A stretch of 64,000 nucleotides of DNA from an uncultured Candidatus Binatia bacterium (lineage in GTDB: Bacteria; Desulfobacterota; Binatia; UBA9968; JAJDTQ01), in the NCBI GenBank assembly GCA_965213675.1, contig OZ243916.1, forward strand, positions 2,656,001 to 2,720,000, read 5' to 3'. The position numbers were made by a program, and so were the translations under genes. Below the pieces are notes generated by a model. That model worked only from the letters and a program-made list of their open reading frames with translations, did not search any database and had not been told where the DNA came from. Shown piece after piece: positions 1 through 9,928 of this stretch (its first letter is position 1; each line of letters begins with the position of its first letter).

Positions 1-20
1 CGCGACAGAGACTGATTAAC

Positions 21-902
21 ATGGACGGACGGCCAGGAGAAACGTTGCGCAGTGTTTGTTCACGTGCCAATCGTCTGATTGTCGCGGCACCATACATCAA
101 GAACAACGCCCTTACCAAGGTAGTCGCCGAGGTGAGGCCGGAAACCTCCGTCGTCTGCATCACGAGATGGAGCCCACATGATATCGCTATGGGTGTGTCC
201 GACACCGAATGTCGGACCTTTGTCGTGCAGCGTGGAGGATCGTTCAGACTTCACCCGTCACTGCACGCCAAATATTACCGGGCTGATGACACAGTGCTCG
301 TCGGTTCCGCGAATCTGACAAATTCCGCTTTGGGCTGGTCGTCACAGGCTAATTTAGAGATTCTCTGCACGCCAGGAGACGACTTCGACGCGGACACCTT
401 TCAGCGGCGCTTGTTCGAGGAGTCACGGGAGATCAGCGATGAAGAGTTCTCACATTGGGAGTCCATCACCGACTTGGGCGTTCAGATCATGCGCAGGGCG
501 ACTGGTGACGTTCCCCGGCTCGATACTTGGAGACCGGCAACTCGTGACCCAACGCACTTAGAAGTCGCGTATCGCGCCGACTACGATCAGATAGCATCTC
601 TCGACGAGCAAAGATCGGCACAGCGCGACATTCAGGCCCTCCGAGTTCCCCCAGGATTAACCAACCAACAGGTCCGCGCCTGGATCTCAGGCTGCCTCCT
701 TGCGGCTTCCTTCACCAACACCGTACTCCGGCTGCGTAATGCAGAGGCTCCGGACATATTGCGTTCCTTGGCAGAGTTCTACAAACTCAGCGCAACCGAT
801 GCACGAAGGGACATGGAAACTGTCGAGACTTGGCTTTCATTCTTTGCTCCCGCGACCCTCACTCGCATCCGAACCGCCCCGGGTTTACCGGAGCCGGATT
901 AG
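21..902 (+). CDS. Phospholipase D (HKD) family protein, probably nuclease-like; last ~11 codons derive from an IS end
   Basis: Single HKD motif LHAKYYRADDTVLVGSANLT (HxKxxxxD..GSxN) and N-terminal AAPYI; the ORF runs into the IS inverted repeat at ~870. Confidence 0.8.
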   Translation: MDGRPGETLRSVCSRANRLIVAAPYIKNNALTKVVAEVRPETSVVCITRWSPHDIAMGVSDTECRTFVVQRGGSFRLHPSLHAKYYRADDTVLVGSANLTNSALGWSSQANLEILCTPGDDFDADTFQRRLFEESREISDEEFSHWESITDLGVQIMRRATGDVPRLDTWRPATRDPTHLEVAYRADYDQIASLDEQRSAQRDIQALRVPPGLTNQQVRAWISGCLLAASFTNTVLRLRNAEAPDILRSLAEFYKLSATDARRDMETVETWLSFFAPATLTRIRTAPGLPEPD

Positions 903-1531
903 TGTGAGTCAGGCCACCAGGGTCGACTCTTGGCACTGCTGATAGTACGTGTCTTCGAGTTCAGCCGGCGGCACATAGCCGACGCCTTCCAGGAGTCGGC
1001 GGTGGTTGAACCAGTCGACCCATTCGAGGGTGGCGAACTCGACCGCTTCGAGGTGGCGCCAGGGGCCGCGTTGACGGATCACCTCGGTCTTGCACAAACC
1101 GATCATGGACTCGGCCAGGGCATTGTCGTAGGAATCCCCGACGCGGCCCACCGACGGCTCGATCCCGGCGTCAGCCAGACGCTCGGTGTAGCGAATCGAC
1201 AAGTACTGGGTGCCACGGTCGCTCTGATATACTAAGACGCCGTCAGCGCCCACCGCGCGGGCATGGAGTGCCTGCTCGAGGGCGTCCAGGGCAAGGTCTG
1301 TGTGCAACGAGTCCGAGACGCGCCAGCCCACGATACGACGCGCATAGGCATCGACAACAAAGGCGACGTAGACGAAGCGACGCCAGATCGCCACATAGGT
1401 CAGGTCCGCCACCCACAACGCATTCGGCCGGCTAGCCTCAAACACCCGGTTCACCCGATCCGCGGGTCGCGTGGGCTCGTTCGCCCCCAGGGTCGTCTTC
1501 GACCGCCGACCCCGGACCACGCCACGAAGCG
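870..1531 (-). mobile_element. IS3-family (IS51/IS6110-like) remnant: 3' part of orfB (909..1520) plus right inverted repeat; orfA and left end missing
   Basis: WVADLTYV..FVVDAYARRIVGW..SDRGTQY..GDSYDNALAES..WFNHRRL integrase core; (c)GAACCGCCCCGGGTTTACCGGAG at 870-893 resembles the TGAACCGCCCCGG IR of this group. Confidence 0.88.
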
Positions 1532-1554
1532 ATGCGCTACGCGAAACTCGTATC

Positions 1555-1755
1555 TCACCCCGTCTCGAACTCCAGCCCGGTCAACTTTACACGCGATGAC
1601 CGCTCCGACAGGTGCTGTATTTCCACGCCAACCACCTCATTGGACTCGTTGTAGTCGAGCACAACACCCGGGGCGACTTCTTCCGATTCGACGATGGCGG
1701 AATCATCAAGGCGCAGGTGAAGCGCGTCGGCCTGTCTATCTACCCGTAGTCTCAT
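1555..1755 (-). CDS. DUF2283 family small protein (putative antitoxin)
   Basis: MRLRVDRQADALHLRL..ESEEVAPGVVLDY..VVGVEI signature, 66 aa. Confidence 0.85.
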   Translation of the reverse strand: MRLRVDRQADALHLRLDDSAIVESEEVAPGVVLDYNESNEVVGVEIQHLSERSSRVKLTGLEFETG

Positions 1756-2216
1756 GGTCTCCCATCCGTCATGTCACGCGCTACGAACACGCTTCCCCCG
1801 TGGCCCTTTAGCTTCAGTACGGGGTAGTCCGGCCAGCGCGGGGCGATGGTGTGGTGGGCGCAGTCGGCGATGAGGTCCAGGGTCTGCAGGACGATGTGCC
1901 CCACCAAGGCCTCGCTCATGGGAGGGCCAACGATGCAATCCGTGCTCATGAAACGGTCGCAGATCGTAATGGTCACGGGTCCTGCGACGGGGCGTTCTTC
2001 CTTCCTCTCGTCCGCGTAGGTGACCACGGCGGTCCGTCGGGTTCTCAATCCGAGCCGCTCGACGACATTCTGCGGCAAAACCAGCATGGCGGCCCCGGTG
2101 TCGACGATGGCGTCGACCCGGGCGCTGCGAATGCTCGCCTCGTCGTGCAGCCCCTGCTCGAAACCAACGCGATCACCCGCGTTTTCGAGTTCCACGTTGA
2201 CACTGATCTCACGCAT
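1752..2216 (-). CDS. Clan AA (retropepsin-like) aspartic protease; start could be as far upstream as 2309
   Basis: AIVDTGAAMLVLP catalytic motif, YAD flap, C-terminal ALVGHIVLQTLDL. Confidence 0.8.
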   Translation of the reverse strand: MREISVNVELENAGDRVGFEQGLHDEASIRSARVDAIVDTGAAMLVLPQNVVERLGLRTRRTAVVTYADERKEERPVAGPVTITICDRFMSTDCIVGPPMSEALVGHIVLQTLDLIADCAHHTIAPRWPDYPVLKLKGHGGSVFVARDMTDGRP

Positions 2217-2578
2217 ACTGCCTCTAGCCCTTCGATTTGCGTGCCTTCGGGCCACTTTCCGGGCCTTCGTTGAAGGACTTCTCCCCGGCTTCGTCCTGCG
2301 TCGCCGCAATATGTTGGATCAATAGCCGAAACCGATTGGCCGCGCCACCTGAAACCAGCGCCGCTGCGGGCCTTGGGGCCACGGGCAGGGCCGTGCGTGC
2401 CGACCTTGCGGCAACTTCCCGGAGGAAGACGCGAGCAAGGAGAATGCGTGGCATCCTCTCCGTAAGATCATCGGCTCGGCCTGCCGGAACTTTAGTTGAT
2501 GCGGCCCGCAAGGCTCGTCTTTCTCCTTCCGGCAAGGATGGCAGCAGGACCTCGTCCTGTGGTACTCACGTCTTCCCC

Positions 2579-3505
2579 ATGAACTACACCAATCTCGGCA
2601 ACACCGGTCTCCGGGTGAGCGTCGTCGGGCTGGGTTGCGGCGGGCCGAGCCGGCTGGGACAGCGTGCCGGCAAGAGCCCGGAACATTCCGTCCGGCTGGT
2701 GCGGAGGGCGCTGGACCTGGGGGTGAACTTCCTGGACACCGCGGAGAACTACGACACGGAGGAAATCGTGGGGGCGGCCATCCGCGACATCCCCCGGGAC
2801 CGGGTGGTGATCTCCACCAAGAAGATCATGCCGGAGCCGGATGATCCCGACCCGGCGGGGTTCATGCGCGCTGGCGTGGAGGCGAGCCTCCGGCGGTTGG
2901 GCACGGATTACGTGGACATCTTTCACCTCCACGGCGTGAGTGAGAAGCGTTATGAGTTCGCGGCGAGTGTGATGGCGCCTGTCCTGATGGCGTTGAGGGA
3001 GGAGGGCAAGATTCGCACGGTGGGGATCACCGAGGAGTTCCCGGGAAACCCGCGGCACGAGATGTTGCAGCGCGGCTTGCGCGACCCTTGGTGGGACGTG
3101 GTGATGGTGGGGTTCAACCTGTTGAACCCGTCGGCGCGACGGAGCGTGTTCCCGCTGACGCTGGAGAAGGGCGTAGGCACCTTGGTGATGTTCGCCGTGC
3201 GACGCGCCTTGAGCCAGCCCGTGCAACTCGACAAGCTGCTGCGAGAGATGGCGCAGCAGCGCTTGGTGGAGCCAGGCGCCGACCTCGAATTCCTTGTAGA
3301 CAACCGCTGCGCCGGAAGCCTGACCGAGGCAGCCTACCGCTTCTGCGTGCACGAGCCGGGCACCGACGTGGTGCTGACGGGGACTGGCGATGAGAGACAC
3401 CTCGAGGCCAACATAGCGGCGGCCCTCAAGCCGCCGCTTCCCGCCGAAGCACTGGCGCGGCTGGAGGCGCTGTTCGGCGACGTGGACTCGGTTACCGGGA
3501 ATTGA
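2579..3505 (+). CDS. Aldo/keto reductase
   Basis: MNYTNLGNTGLRVSVVGLG, FLDTAENY, STK, SLRRLGTDYVDIFHLH, GKIRTVG. Confidence 0.92.
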   Translation: MNYTNLGNTGLRVSVVGLGCGGPSRLGQRAGKSPEHSVRLVRRALDLGVNFLDTAENYDTEEIVGAAIRDIPRDRVVISTKKIMPEPDDPDPAGFMRAGVEASLRRLGTDYVDIFHLHGVSEKRYEFAASVMAPVLMALREEGKIRTVGITEEFPGNPRHEMLQRGLRDPWWDVVMVGFNLLNPSARRSVFPLTLEKGVGTLVMFAVRRALSQPVQLDKLLREMAQQRLVEPGADLEFLVDNRCAGSLTEAAYRFCVHEPGTDVVLTGTGDERHLEANIAAALKPPLPAEALARLEALFGDVDSVTGN

Positions 3506-3635
3506 TGCAACGGCTGAACGTTCCGTTCCGCCCCGCCTGGATTCCCCTGCCCGATCAGGGTCGAGGACAAGCTTTCGCGGGACTAACGGGAGCGGGGTTT
3601 AGAGTGACGGAGTGTTTCGGGAACTGGGGTCGTCA

Positions 3636-4514
3636 TCACCCGAAGCGGCCGGTGATGTAGTCCTCGGTGAGGGGGTGGATGGGGTTGGTGAAGATCTGCT
3701 CGGTGGGGCCGACTTCCAGCAAGTCTCCCAAGTGAAAGTACGCGGTGCGCTGCGACACGCGCGCGGCCTGTTGCATGGAATGGGTGACGATGGCGATGGT
3801 GTAGTCTTGGCCCAGCTCGTGGATGAGGTCCTCGACGCGGGCGGTGGCGATGGGGTCGAGGGCGGAGCAGGGTTCGTCCATGAGGATGACTTCGGGGCTC
3901 ACGGCGATGGTCCTGGCGATGCACAGGCGCTGCTGCTGGCCGCCGGAGAGGCCGGTGCCGGGCTGGTGGAGGCGGTCATTCACCTCCTCCCACAGGCCCG
4001 CGCGCTTGAGGCTGTGCTCGACGATGCCCTCGAGATCGGACTTGGACTCCGCCAGCCCATGGATGCGCACGCCGTAGGCGATGTTGTCGAAGATGGACTT
4101 GGGAAAGGGGTTGGGCTTCTGAAACACCATGCCTACCTGGGCGCGCAGCGGCACCACGTCCATGTCCCTGGCATAGATGTCGTTCCCGTCGAGCTTGATC
4201 TCGCCGGTCATGCGGCAGCCGTCGATGGTGTCGTTCATGCGGTTGAGCGCGCGCAGGAACGTGGACTTGCCGCACCCGGAGGGGCCGATCATGGCGAGCA
4301 CCTGTTCCCGTCCCACGTCCAGGCTCACATTCCTGATGGCATGATTGTCGCCGTAGTGGACATTGACGTCGCGGCAGGTCATGCGCGGATCGTCGACGAA
4401 CGGTGTGCCCACGGTCTCGCGGCTTTCGCGCCGCTCGTCGAGCATGTCCACCTCGGCTCTTCGGAATGTCAGCGCTCCTGCATCCATCACTGCGACACCC
4501 GCTTGATCAGCCAT
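3636..4514 (-). CDS. pstB: Phosphate ABC transporter ATP-binding protein
   Basis: [45 protein letters not shown]-terminal YITGRFG. Confidence 0.97.
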   Translation of the reverse strand: MADQAGVAVMDAGALTFRRAEVDMLDERRESRETVGTPFVDDPRMTCRDVNVHYGDNHAIRNVSLDVGREQVLAMIGPSGCGKSTFLRALNRMNDTIDGCRMTGEIKLDGNDIYARDMDVVPLRAQVGMVFQKPNPFPKSIFDNIAYGVRIHGLAESKSDLEGIVEHSLKRAGLWEEVNDRLHQPGTGLSGGQQQRLCIARTIAVSPEVILMDEPCSALDPIATARVEDLIHELGQDYTIAIVTHSMQQAARVSQRTAYFHLGDLLEVGPTEQIFTNPIHPLTEDYITGRFG

Positions 4515-4594
4515 AACCGCGTCTCCTGAACCGTTCCCGCGCCGCCTCCGGAACCCGACAAGGGTTCACGCGCCGGCACCTCCTGTTTGCCAGT

Positions 4595-5884
4595 TTACCA
4601 GCGTCTTTCAAAGCGTCGCCGCAGCACGATGGCCAGGGCGTTCATGGCCACGAGAAACGCCAGCAGCACCATGATGGCCGCGGACGCGCGCTCCACAAAC
4701 GCGCGCTCCGGGCTGTCCAGCCAGAGGAAGATCTGCACCGGCAGCACGGTCGCGGCATCGGTCACTTCCTGCGGAACGTCCACCACGAACGCGACCATGC
4801 CGATCATGAGCAGGGGCGCGGTCTCGCCGAGAGCCCGGGCCATGCCGATGATGGCGCCCGTCAACATGCCGGGCATGGCCAGCGGCAACACGTGATGCAC
4901 GATCATCTGCAACCTGGACGCACCCACCCCCAGGGCCGCTTCTCGAATCGAGGGCGGCACCGACTTGAGCGCCGCGCGGCCCGCGATGATGACGGTCGGC
5001 AACGTCATGAGGGTGAGCACCAAGCCTCCCACCAGGGGGGCCGAGCGCGGCAGGCCGAACAGGTTGATGAACACGGCCAGTCCGAGCAGTCCGAAGACGA
5101 TGGAGGGCACCGCCGCCAGGTTGTTGATGTTGACCTCGATGAGTGCGGTCACGCGATTCCGTGGAGCGAACTCCTCCAGGTACACCGCGGTGGCCACGCC
5201 CAGCGGAAAAGACAGCAACAAGGTCACCGCCAACGTGAGGAACGAACCCATGGCCGCGCCCCGGATGCCCGCCAACTCCGGCTCCCGGGAGTCGCCCGCG
5301 GTAAAAAACGTGACGTTGAACCGCGATTCGACGCGCCCACCATCCACGAGCCGATCGAACCAGGCGATCTGCCGGTCGGACAGACGCCGGTCCGCCTCGG
5401 GCAGCGCCCGGTCGACGTTGCCCTTGTACAGCATGTCGTAATCGTCGTTCGCGGGCGCCCACACCTCGGCGCTGGAACCCACCAGCGCGGGGTCCTCCAG
5501 GACCATCCGCCGGAGCTGGAACACGGTTCCCCGGCTGACCAGCATGGAGAGATCCCGCCGGGCACGCCGCCCCTTCACCTCGGGGAAAAGCGAACGTACC
5601 GACGCCTTGACCAAGGCGCCGTAGTCGGCGGACCCGAGGGTATCGGCATCGCCGGCCCCTTGCGGGTCGATCACCTGCGCATCAAAGTGGATCGGCAGCT
5701 TGACGAAGGTCTGCCAAAAGGCAGAGTAGCCCGTGACGATGATGTTGACAAACATCAACACCAGGAACGCGAGCCCCAGCAGTACGGCCCCGCGCCCGAA
5801 GTTCCGGAAACGTCGTTCGGCCCGGTTGCGCCGGTCGAGGGAGGCGCGCACGCGCTCGATGGTGCTGTTCGCGGACGCCGCCAT
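4595..5884 (-). CDS. pstA: Phosphate ABC transporter permease
   Basis: NINNLAAVPSIVFGLLG, REAALGVGAS, ARALGETAPL; long N-terminal domain; operon position. Confidence 0.95.
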   Translation of the reverse strand: MAASANSTIERVRASLDRRNRAERRFRNFGRGAVLLGLAFLVLMFVNIIVTGYSAFWQTFVKLPIHFDAQVIDPQGAGDADTLGSADYGALVKASVRSLFPEVKGRRARRDLSMLVSRGTVFQLRRMVLEDPALVGSSAEVWAPANDDYDMLYKGNVDRALPEADRRLSDRQIAWFDRLVDGGRVESRFNVTFFTAGDSREPELAGIRGAAMGSFLTLAVTLLLSFPLGVATAVYLEEFAPRNRVTALIEVNINNLAAVPSIVFGLLGLAVFINLFGLPRSAPLVGGLVLTLMTLPTVIIAGRAALKSVPPSIREAALGVGASRLQMIVHHVLPLAMPGMLTGAIIGMARALGETAPLLMIGMVAFVVDVPQEVTDAATVLPVQIFLWLDSPERAFVERASAAIMVLLAFLVAMNALAIVLRRRFERRW

Positions 5885-5886
5885 GT

Positions 5887-7266
5887 CTACTCGTATTGCT
5901 CCCGGTATTTGCGCACCACCTGCAGGGCGATGACGTTCAGGCCCAGGGTCACGACGAACAGCATCAAACCCAACGCGAAGGCCGACAGCGTCTTGGGGCT
6001 GTCGAACTCCTGGTCGCCGGTCAGCAGGGTCACGATCTGAACCGTCACCGTGGTGACCGCCTGGAGCGGATTGGCCGTGAGGTTCGCGGCCAGACCCGCG
6101 GCCATGACGACGATCATGGTTTCACCGATGGCGCGGGATACGGCCAGGAGAACGCCGCCGACGATGCCTGGAAGCGCCGCCGGTATGACCACCTGTTTGA
6201 CGGTCTCGGACCGGGTCGCCCCCAGCGCATAGGCGCCGTCGCGCATGGCCTGCGGCACGGCGTTGATGACGTCGTCGGAAAGCGAGGATACGAACGGGAT
6301 GATCATGATCCCCATCACCAGCCCCGCGGCCAGAGCGCTCTCGGACGCCACGTCCAGGCCCACCTGCTCCCCCATCCCCCGGATGAACGGCGCCACCGTG
6401 AGGGCGGCGAAAAATCCATAGACCACCGTGGGGATGCCGGCGAGCACTTCCAGCAGGGGCTTCACCACCGCACGGACCCGCGGGCGCGCGTACTCGGCGA
6501 GATAGATGGCCGACATGAGGCCCACGGGCACAGCCACCACCATGGCAATGAACGAGATCAGCAGTGTTCCCGCGAACAGTGGCACCGCGCCGAAGGCTCC
6601 GGACGCGCCCACCTGATCCGCGCGAATGGCCATCTGCGGGCTCCAGTCCAGTCCGAAGATGAACTCGGTGACCGGAATCGCCTGGAAGAAGCGGAGCGAC
6701 TCGAACAGCACCGACAACACGATCCCCACGGTGGTGAGGACCGCGATGCTGGAACTGGCCATGAGGAAGCCCAGGATGATGCGTTCCACCGCGTTGCGCG
6801 CGCGCTTGCCGGGCCGGATGGTGCGCCAGGCCATGGCGCCGCAGAACACGGCCAGGGCCAGCACCGCCACGGTGATGGCGATGGCCGCGTAACCCTGGAG
6901 GCGAATGTAACGTTTCGCCGCGGCCAACATTTCCGGAGTCTTCTGCGAGGCGATATTGCCGGAGGCAAGATTGCGGATGTCGTTGATGATCAGGTTGAGC
7001 CGCTCGGGTGGCAGGCTCCGGATCTCCTGGGGCAGGTCCGACACCACGATATTCGTGACGATGGGTCCCTTCAAGGCCACGCCGACGGCCAACAGCAGGA
7101 GCGCGGGCACCGCAGCCCACAAGGCGGCGTAGAGGCCGTGGTAACCGGGGAGGGAGTGGAGGTTCCGGACGGTGCCCTGGGCCAGAGAGATGGACCGCCG
7201 CCAGCCCAGATAGTAGCTGACGGAGCTCAAGCCAAGCAGGGCCAGTATCAGACTTGGGGAACCCAT
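5887..7266 (-). CDS. pstC: Phosphate ABC transporter permease
   Basis: LEVLAGIPTVVYGFF, ALGATRSET, SRAIGETMIV; operon position. Confidence 0.95.
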   Translation of the reverse strand: MGSPSLILALLGLSSVSYYLGWRRSISLAQGTVRNLHSLPGYHGLYAALWAAVPALLLLAVGVALKGPIVTNIVVSDLPQEIRSLPPERLNLIINDIRNLASGNIASQKTPEMLAAAKRYIRLQGYAAIAITVAVLALAVFCGAMAWRTIRPGKRARNAVERIILGFLMASSSIAVLTTVGIVLSVLFESLRFFQAIPVTEFIFGLDWSPQMAIRADQVGASGAFGAVPLFAGTLLISFIAMVVAVPVGLMSAIYLAEYARPRVRAVVKPLLEVLAGIPTVVYGFFAALTVAPFIRGMGEQVGLDVASESALAAGLVMGIMIIPFVSSLSDDVINAVPQAMRDGAYALGATRSETVKQVVIPAALPGIVGGVLLAVSRAIGETMIVVMAAGLAANLTANPLQAVTTVTVQIVTLLTGDQEFDSPKTLSAFALGLMLFVVTLGLNVIALQVVRKYREQYE

Positions 7267-7383
7267 GGACTCATGGCGCCTTTACGAAAACCTTTACGAA
7301 CAAAAACGCCAGCCGTGACAACCGGCCGGCGGAGCGAACCGGCCGCAGCGCGCGCCGCGGCCGGGACCCACACCCACAGATGG

Positions 7384-8427
7384 TCACAGGGCCAGATTCG
7401 TGAGATTCTTCACGTCCGACGAGAACCTCTCCCGCTCCTTCCTGGGCATCGGGATCAGACCCTTGTCGGTGAGGTAACCCTCGTCGCCCCAGGCCTTCTC
7501 ACTGGTATACTCGGCGAGGAACTCCCTCATGCCGGCGATCACATCCAGATGGGCCTTCTTGATGTAGATGTAGAGCGGACGCGCGACCGGATAGCTGCCG
7601 TCGGCGATGGTCTCGAACTCGGGCTTGACGCCGTTGATGGACGCGCCCTGGAGCTTGTCCGTGTTCTGGTCGAGAAAGCTGAAGCCGAAGATCCCGAAGG
7701 CGTCGGGGTTGGCGTCCAGCTTCTGCACGATCAGGTTGTCGTTCTCTCCGGCCTCGACGAAGGCGCCGTCCTCACGCATGGTGCGGCAAGCGGCCCGTCT
7801 GGGCTTATTGGACATCTTCTTGATGGCGGCGAACTCCTTGCAGCCCGCGTCCATCACCAGCTCGACGAAGGCGTCCCGGGTGCCGGAGGTCGGCGGAGGG
7901 CCCAACACCTCGATCTTCAGGGCCGGAAGCTTGGGGTTGACGTCCTTCCAGGTCTTGTGGGGGTTGGCTTGGCGCTTGCTGCCGTCGCTGTTGGCCGGCA
8001 CGTCCTTGGCCAGGGCGAGGAAGAGGTCGCGCGGCGTGAGCCTCAGCGCCTTGCTCTTCTTCGAGTTGGCCACCGCGATGCCGTCGTAGCCCACCTTCAG
8101 CTCGACGATTTCCTTGACGCCGTTCTTGCCGCAGCGCTCGACTTCGGTCTTCTTGATGCGCCGCGAGGAGTTGGTCAGGTCGGGGTGCTCGACGCCGACG
8201 CCAGCGCAGAAGAGCTTGAGGCCGCCGCCGGAGCCGGTGGACTCCACCTTGGGCGTCTTGAACTTGGTGGTCTTGCCGAACTGCTCGGCCACCACGGTGG
8301 TAAACGGATAGACCGTGGACGATCCCACGATTTGGATGTAGTCGCGCTGCTGCGCCGCCGCCGAGGTCGCGAGACCCGCCACGGCCAGTGCAACGGTTGC
8401 CGCCGTCAACATGGCTTTCCGGAACAT
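7384..8427 (-). CDS. pstS: Phosphate ABC transporter substrate-binding protein
   Basis: Signal peptide; IVGSSTVYP, ESTGSGGG, GPPPTSGTRD, YPVARPLYIY; aaggagg RBS upstream. Confidence 0.95.
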   Translation of the reverse strand: MFRKAMLTAATVALAVAGLATSAAAQQRDYIQIVGSSTVYPFTTVVAEQFGKTTKFKTPKVESTGSGGGLKLFCAGVGVEHPDLTNSSRRIKKTEVERCGKNGVKEIVELKVGYDGIAVANSKKSKALRLTPRDLFLALAKDVPANSDGSKRQANPHKTWKDVNPKLPALKIEVLGPPPTSGTRDAFVELVMDAGCKEFAAIKKMSNKPRRAACRTMREDGAFVEAGENDNLIVQKLDANPDAFGIFGFSFLDQNTDKLQGASINGVKPEFETIADGSYPVARPLYIYIKKAHLDVIAGMREFLAEYTSEKAWGDEGYLTDKGLIPMPRKERERFSSDVKNLTNLAL

Positions 8428-8525
8428 GGGGAAACCCTCCTTTGGTTGAACCTTTGTCGCAGCCCGATCACCGACCCAAGGGTCGCATGACCACGCCAGT
8501 GTTGGCAGGAATCTATCGGACGGCG

Positions 8526-8587
8526 ATTATCACTGTATGACGGCTACATCACAGAGGAATTAAACGATTGTTACGAGTCTGTTACAG
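8526..8587 (-). promoter_or_regulatory. Extended Pho-box array upstream of pstS
   Basis: Minus strand CTGTAAC-agac-TCGTAAC-aatc-GTTTAAT-tcct-CTGTGAT-gtag-CCGTCAT-acag-TGATAAT: heptamers at exact 11-bp period resembling CTGTCAT. Confidence 0.8.
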
Positions 8588-8648
8588 AGGACCGGGGCGC
8601 GAGGGCCCCGGAAGCGGCGGGAAAGCGAATTGACCCGGAGCGCGCCCG

Positions 8649-9194
8649 TTACACCGAGGGCGCGGCGGCGCTCCGCGGCTTGCCTTCCTCGCCGATCTCG
8701 TCCAGACGCCGCTGCAGCGACAGCCGGTCGAGAGAGGTCAGGGGCAGGTTCACGAAGATCGAGATGCGGTTGAAAAGCATGCGGTAGGCATCCGCGAAGG
8801 CTATATTTTGCTCGGCCTCGTTGCCTTCCACCGCCGCCGGGTCGGGAATGCCCCAATGGGCGGAAATCGGCTGGCCCGGCCAGAGCGGACAGACCTCCTG
8901 CGCCGCCTGATCGCAGACCGTGACGACGAACTGCAGCTCGGGAGCGCCGGGGGCCGCGAACTCATCCCAGCTCTTGGAACGGAGATCGTCGGTCAAGTAG
9001 TTGAGCTTCTTCAGCGTCTCGATGGTGTGCGGGTTGATCTCGCCCTTGGGGTGGCTCCCCGCGCTGAACGCCCGGAACCGCCCCCGCCCCAGACGGTTCA
9101 GGATGCACTCGCCCATGACGCTGCGGGCGGAGTTCCCGGTGCACAGGAACAGCACGTTGAACAGTTTCCCGTTGCTCGTTTTGTCTTCACTCAT
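8649..9194 (-). CDS. arsC: Arsenate reductase, LMW-PTP fold
   Basis: VLFLCTGNSARS P-loop, RSKSWDEF, TVCD..CPLWPG, HWGIPDP; ATGA overlap with the aquaporin stop. Confidence 0.9.
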   Translation of the reverse strand: MSEDKTSNGKLFNVLFLCTGNSARSVMGECILNRLGRGRFRAFSAGSHPKGEINPHTIETLKKLNYLTDDLRSKSWDEFAAPGAPELQFVVTVCDQAAQEVCPLWPGQPISAHWGIPDPAAVEGNEAEQNIAFADAYRMLFNRISIFVNLPLTSLDRLSLQRRLDEIGEEGKPRSAAAPSV

Positions 9195-9928
9195 ACGCAC
9201 CTCCTCAACGGTGGGGGGGTTCTTGCGGGCCTTTCGGACAAGGCCGGCCGCGGTGGCGGCACCAGCCACCAGAACAACGCCGTGGCCGCGCCGGCGCCGA
9301 TGAACTGCATGACGATGAACGCCGGCGCATGCATCGGGTAGATCCCCGCGAAGGTGTCCGAGAGGGTGCGGGCGATGGTCACCGCTGGATTGGCGAACGA
9401 CGTGGAGGATGTGAACCAGTAGGCCGCCGTGATGTAGCCGCCCACGGCGAACGGCACCGCCGGGCTTCGGAGCCTGACGCAACCCTGGATCACCGACAGC
9501 AGCCCGAAGGTGGCGACGAACTCGCCGAGCCATTGCCCCGCCCCGACACGATGCTTCTGCGAGAAGAACACCGCGGGCTCGTCGAACATCAGGTTGGCGA
9601 CGATGACGCCGGCGACGGCGCCGATGATCTGCACGGCCACGTAGCAGGGGACGTCACGCCACGCCAGCCCGCCCAGGAAACCCTCGGCCACCGTCACCGC
9701 CGGGTTGAAGTGGGCGCCGGAGATGGGTCCGAAGGTCAGGATCAACACCGTCAGCGCCGCGCCCGTGGACACGGTGTTGGCGAGCAGCGCCACCGCCACG
9801 TTGCCGCCGGCCAGCCGCTCTCCCATGATGCCCGAGCCCACCACCGCGGCCAGCAGGAACGCCGAGCCGACGGCCTCGGCGGTCAGGCGACGCGGGAAGT
9901 CTTTCGGGTTGGTTTCGGGTTGTTCCAT
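9191..9928 (-). CDS. aqpS: MIP-family aquaglyceroporin (AqpS-like arsenite channel)
   Basis: ISGAHFNPA and TSFANPA motifs; lies between arsR and arsC. Confidence 0.85.
   Translation of the reverse strand: MEQPETNPKDFPRRLTAEAVGSAFLLAAVVGSGIMGERLAGGNVAVALLANTVSTGAALTVLILTFGPISGAHFNPAVTVAEGFLGGLAWRDVPCYVAVQIIGAVAGVIVANLMFDEPAVFFSQKHRVGAGQWLGEFVATFGLLSVIQGCVRLRSPAVPFAVGGYITAAYWFTSSTSFANPAVTIARTLSDTFAGIYPMHAPAFIVMQFIGAGAATALFWWLVPPPRPALSERPARTPPPLRRCV

Noticed and set aside
5896-8490. Very long antisense or alternate-frame ORFs (864 aa here; also 14891..17557, 31619..33424, 56343..59228)
   Set aside because: Shadows of real genes in high-GC DNA, with no recognisable motifs.
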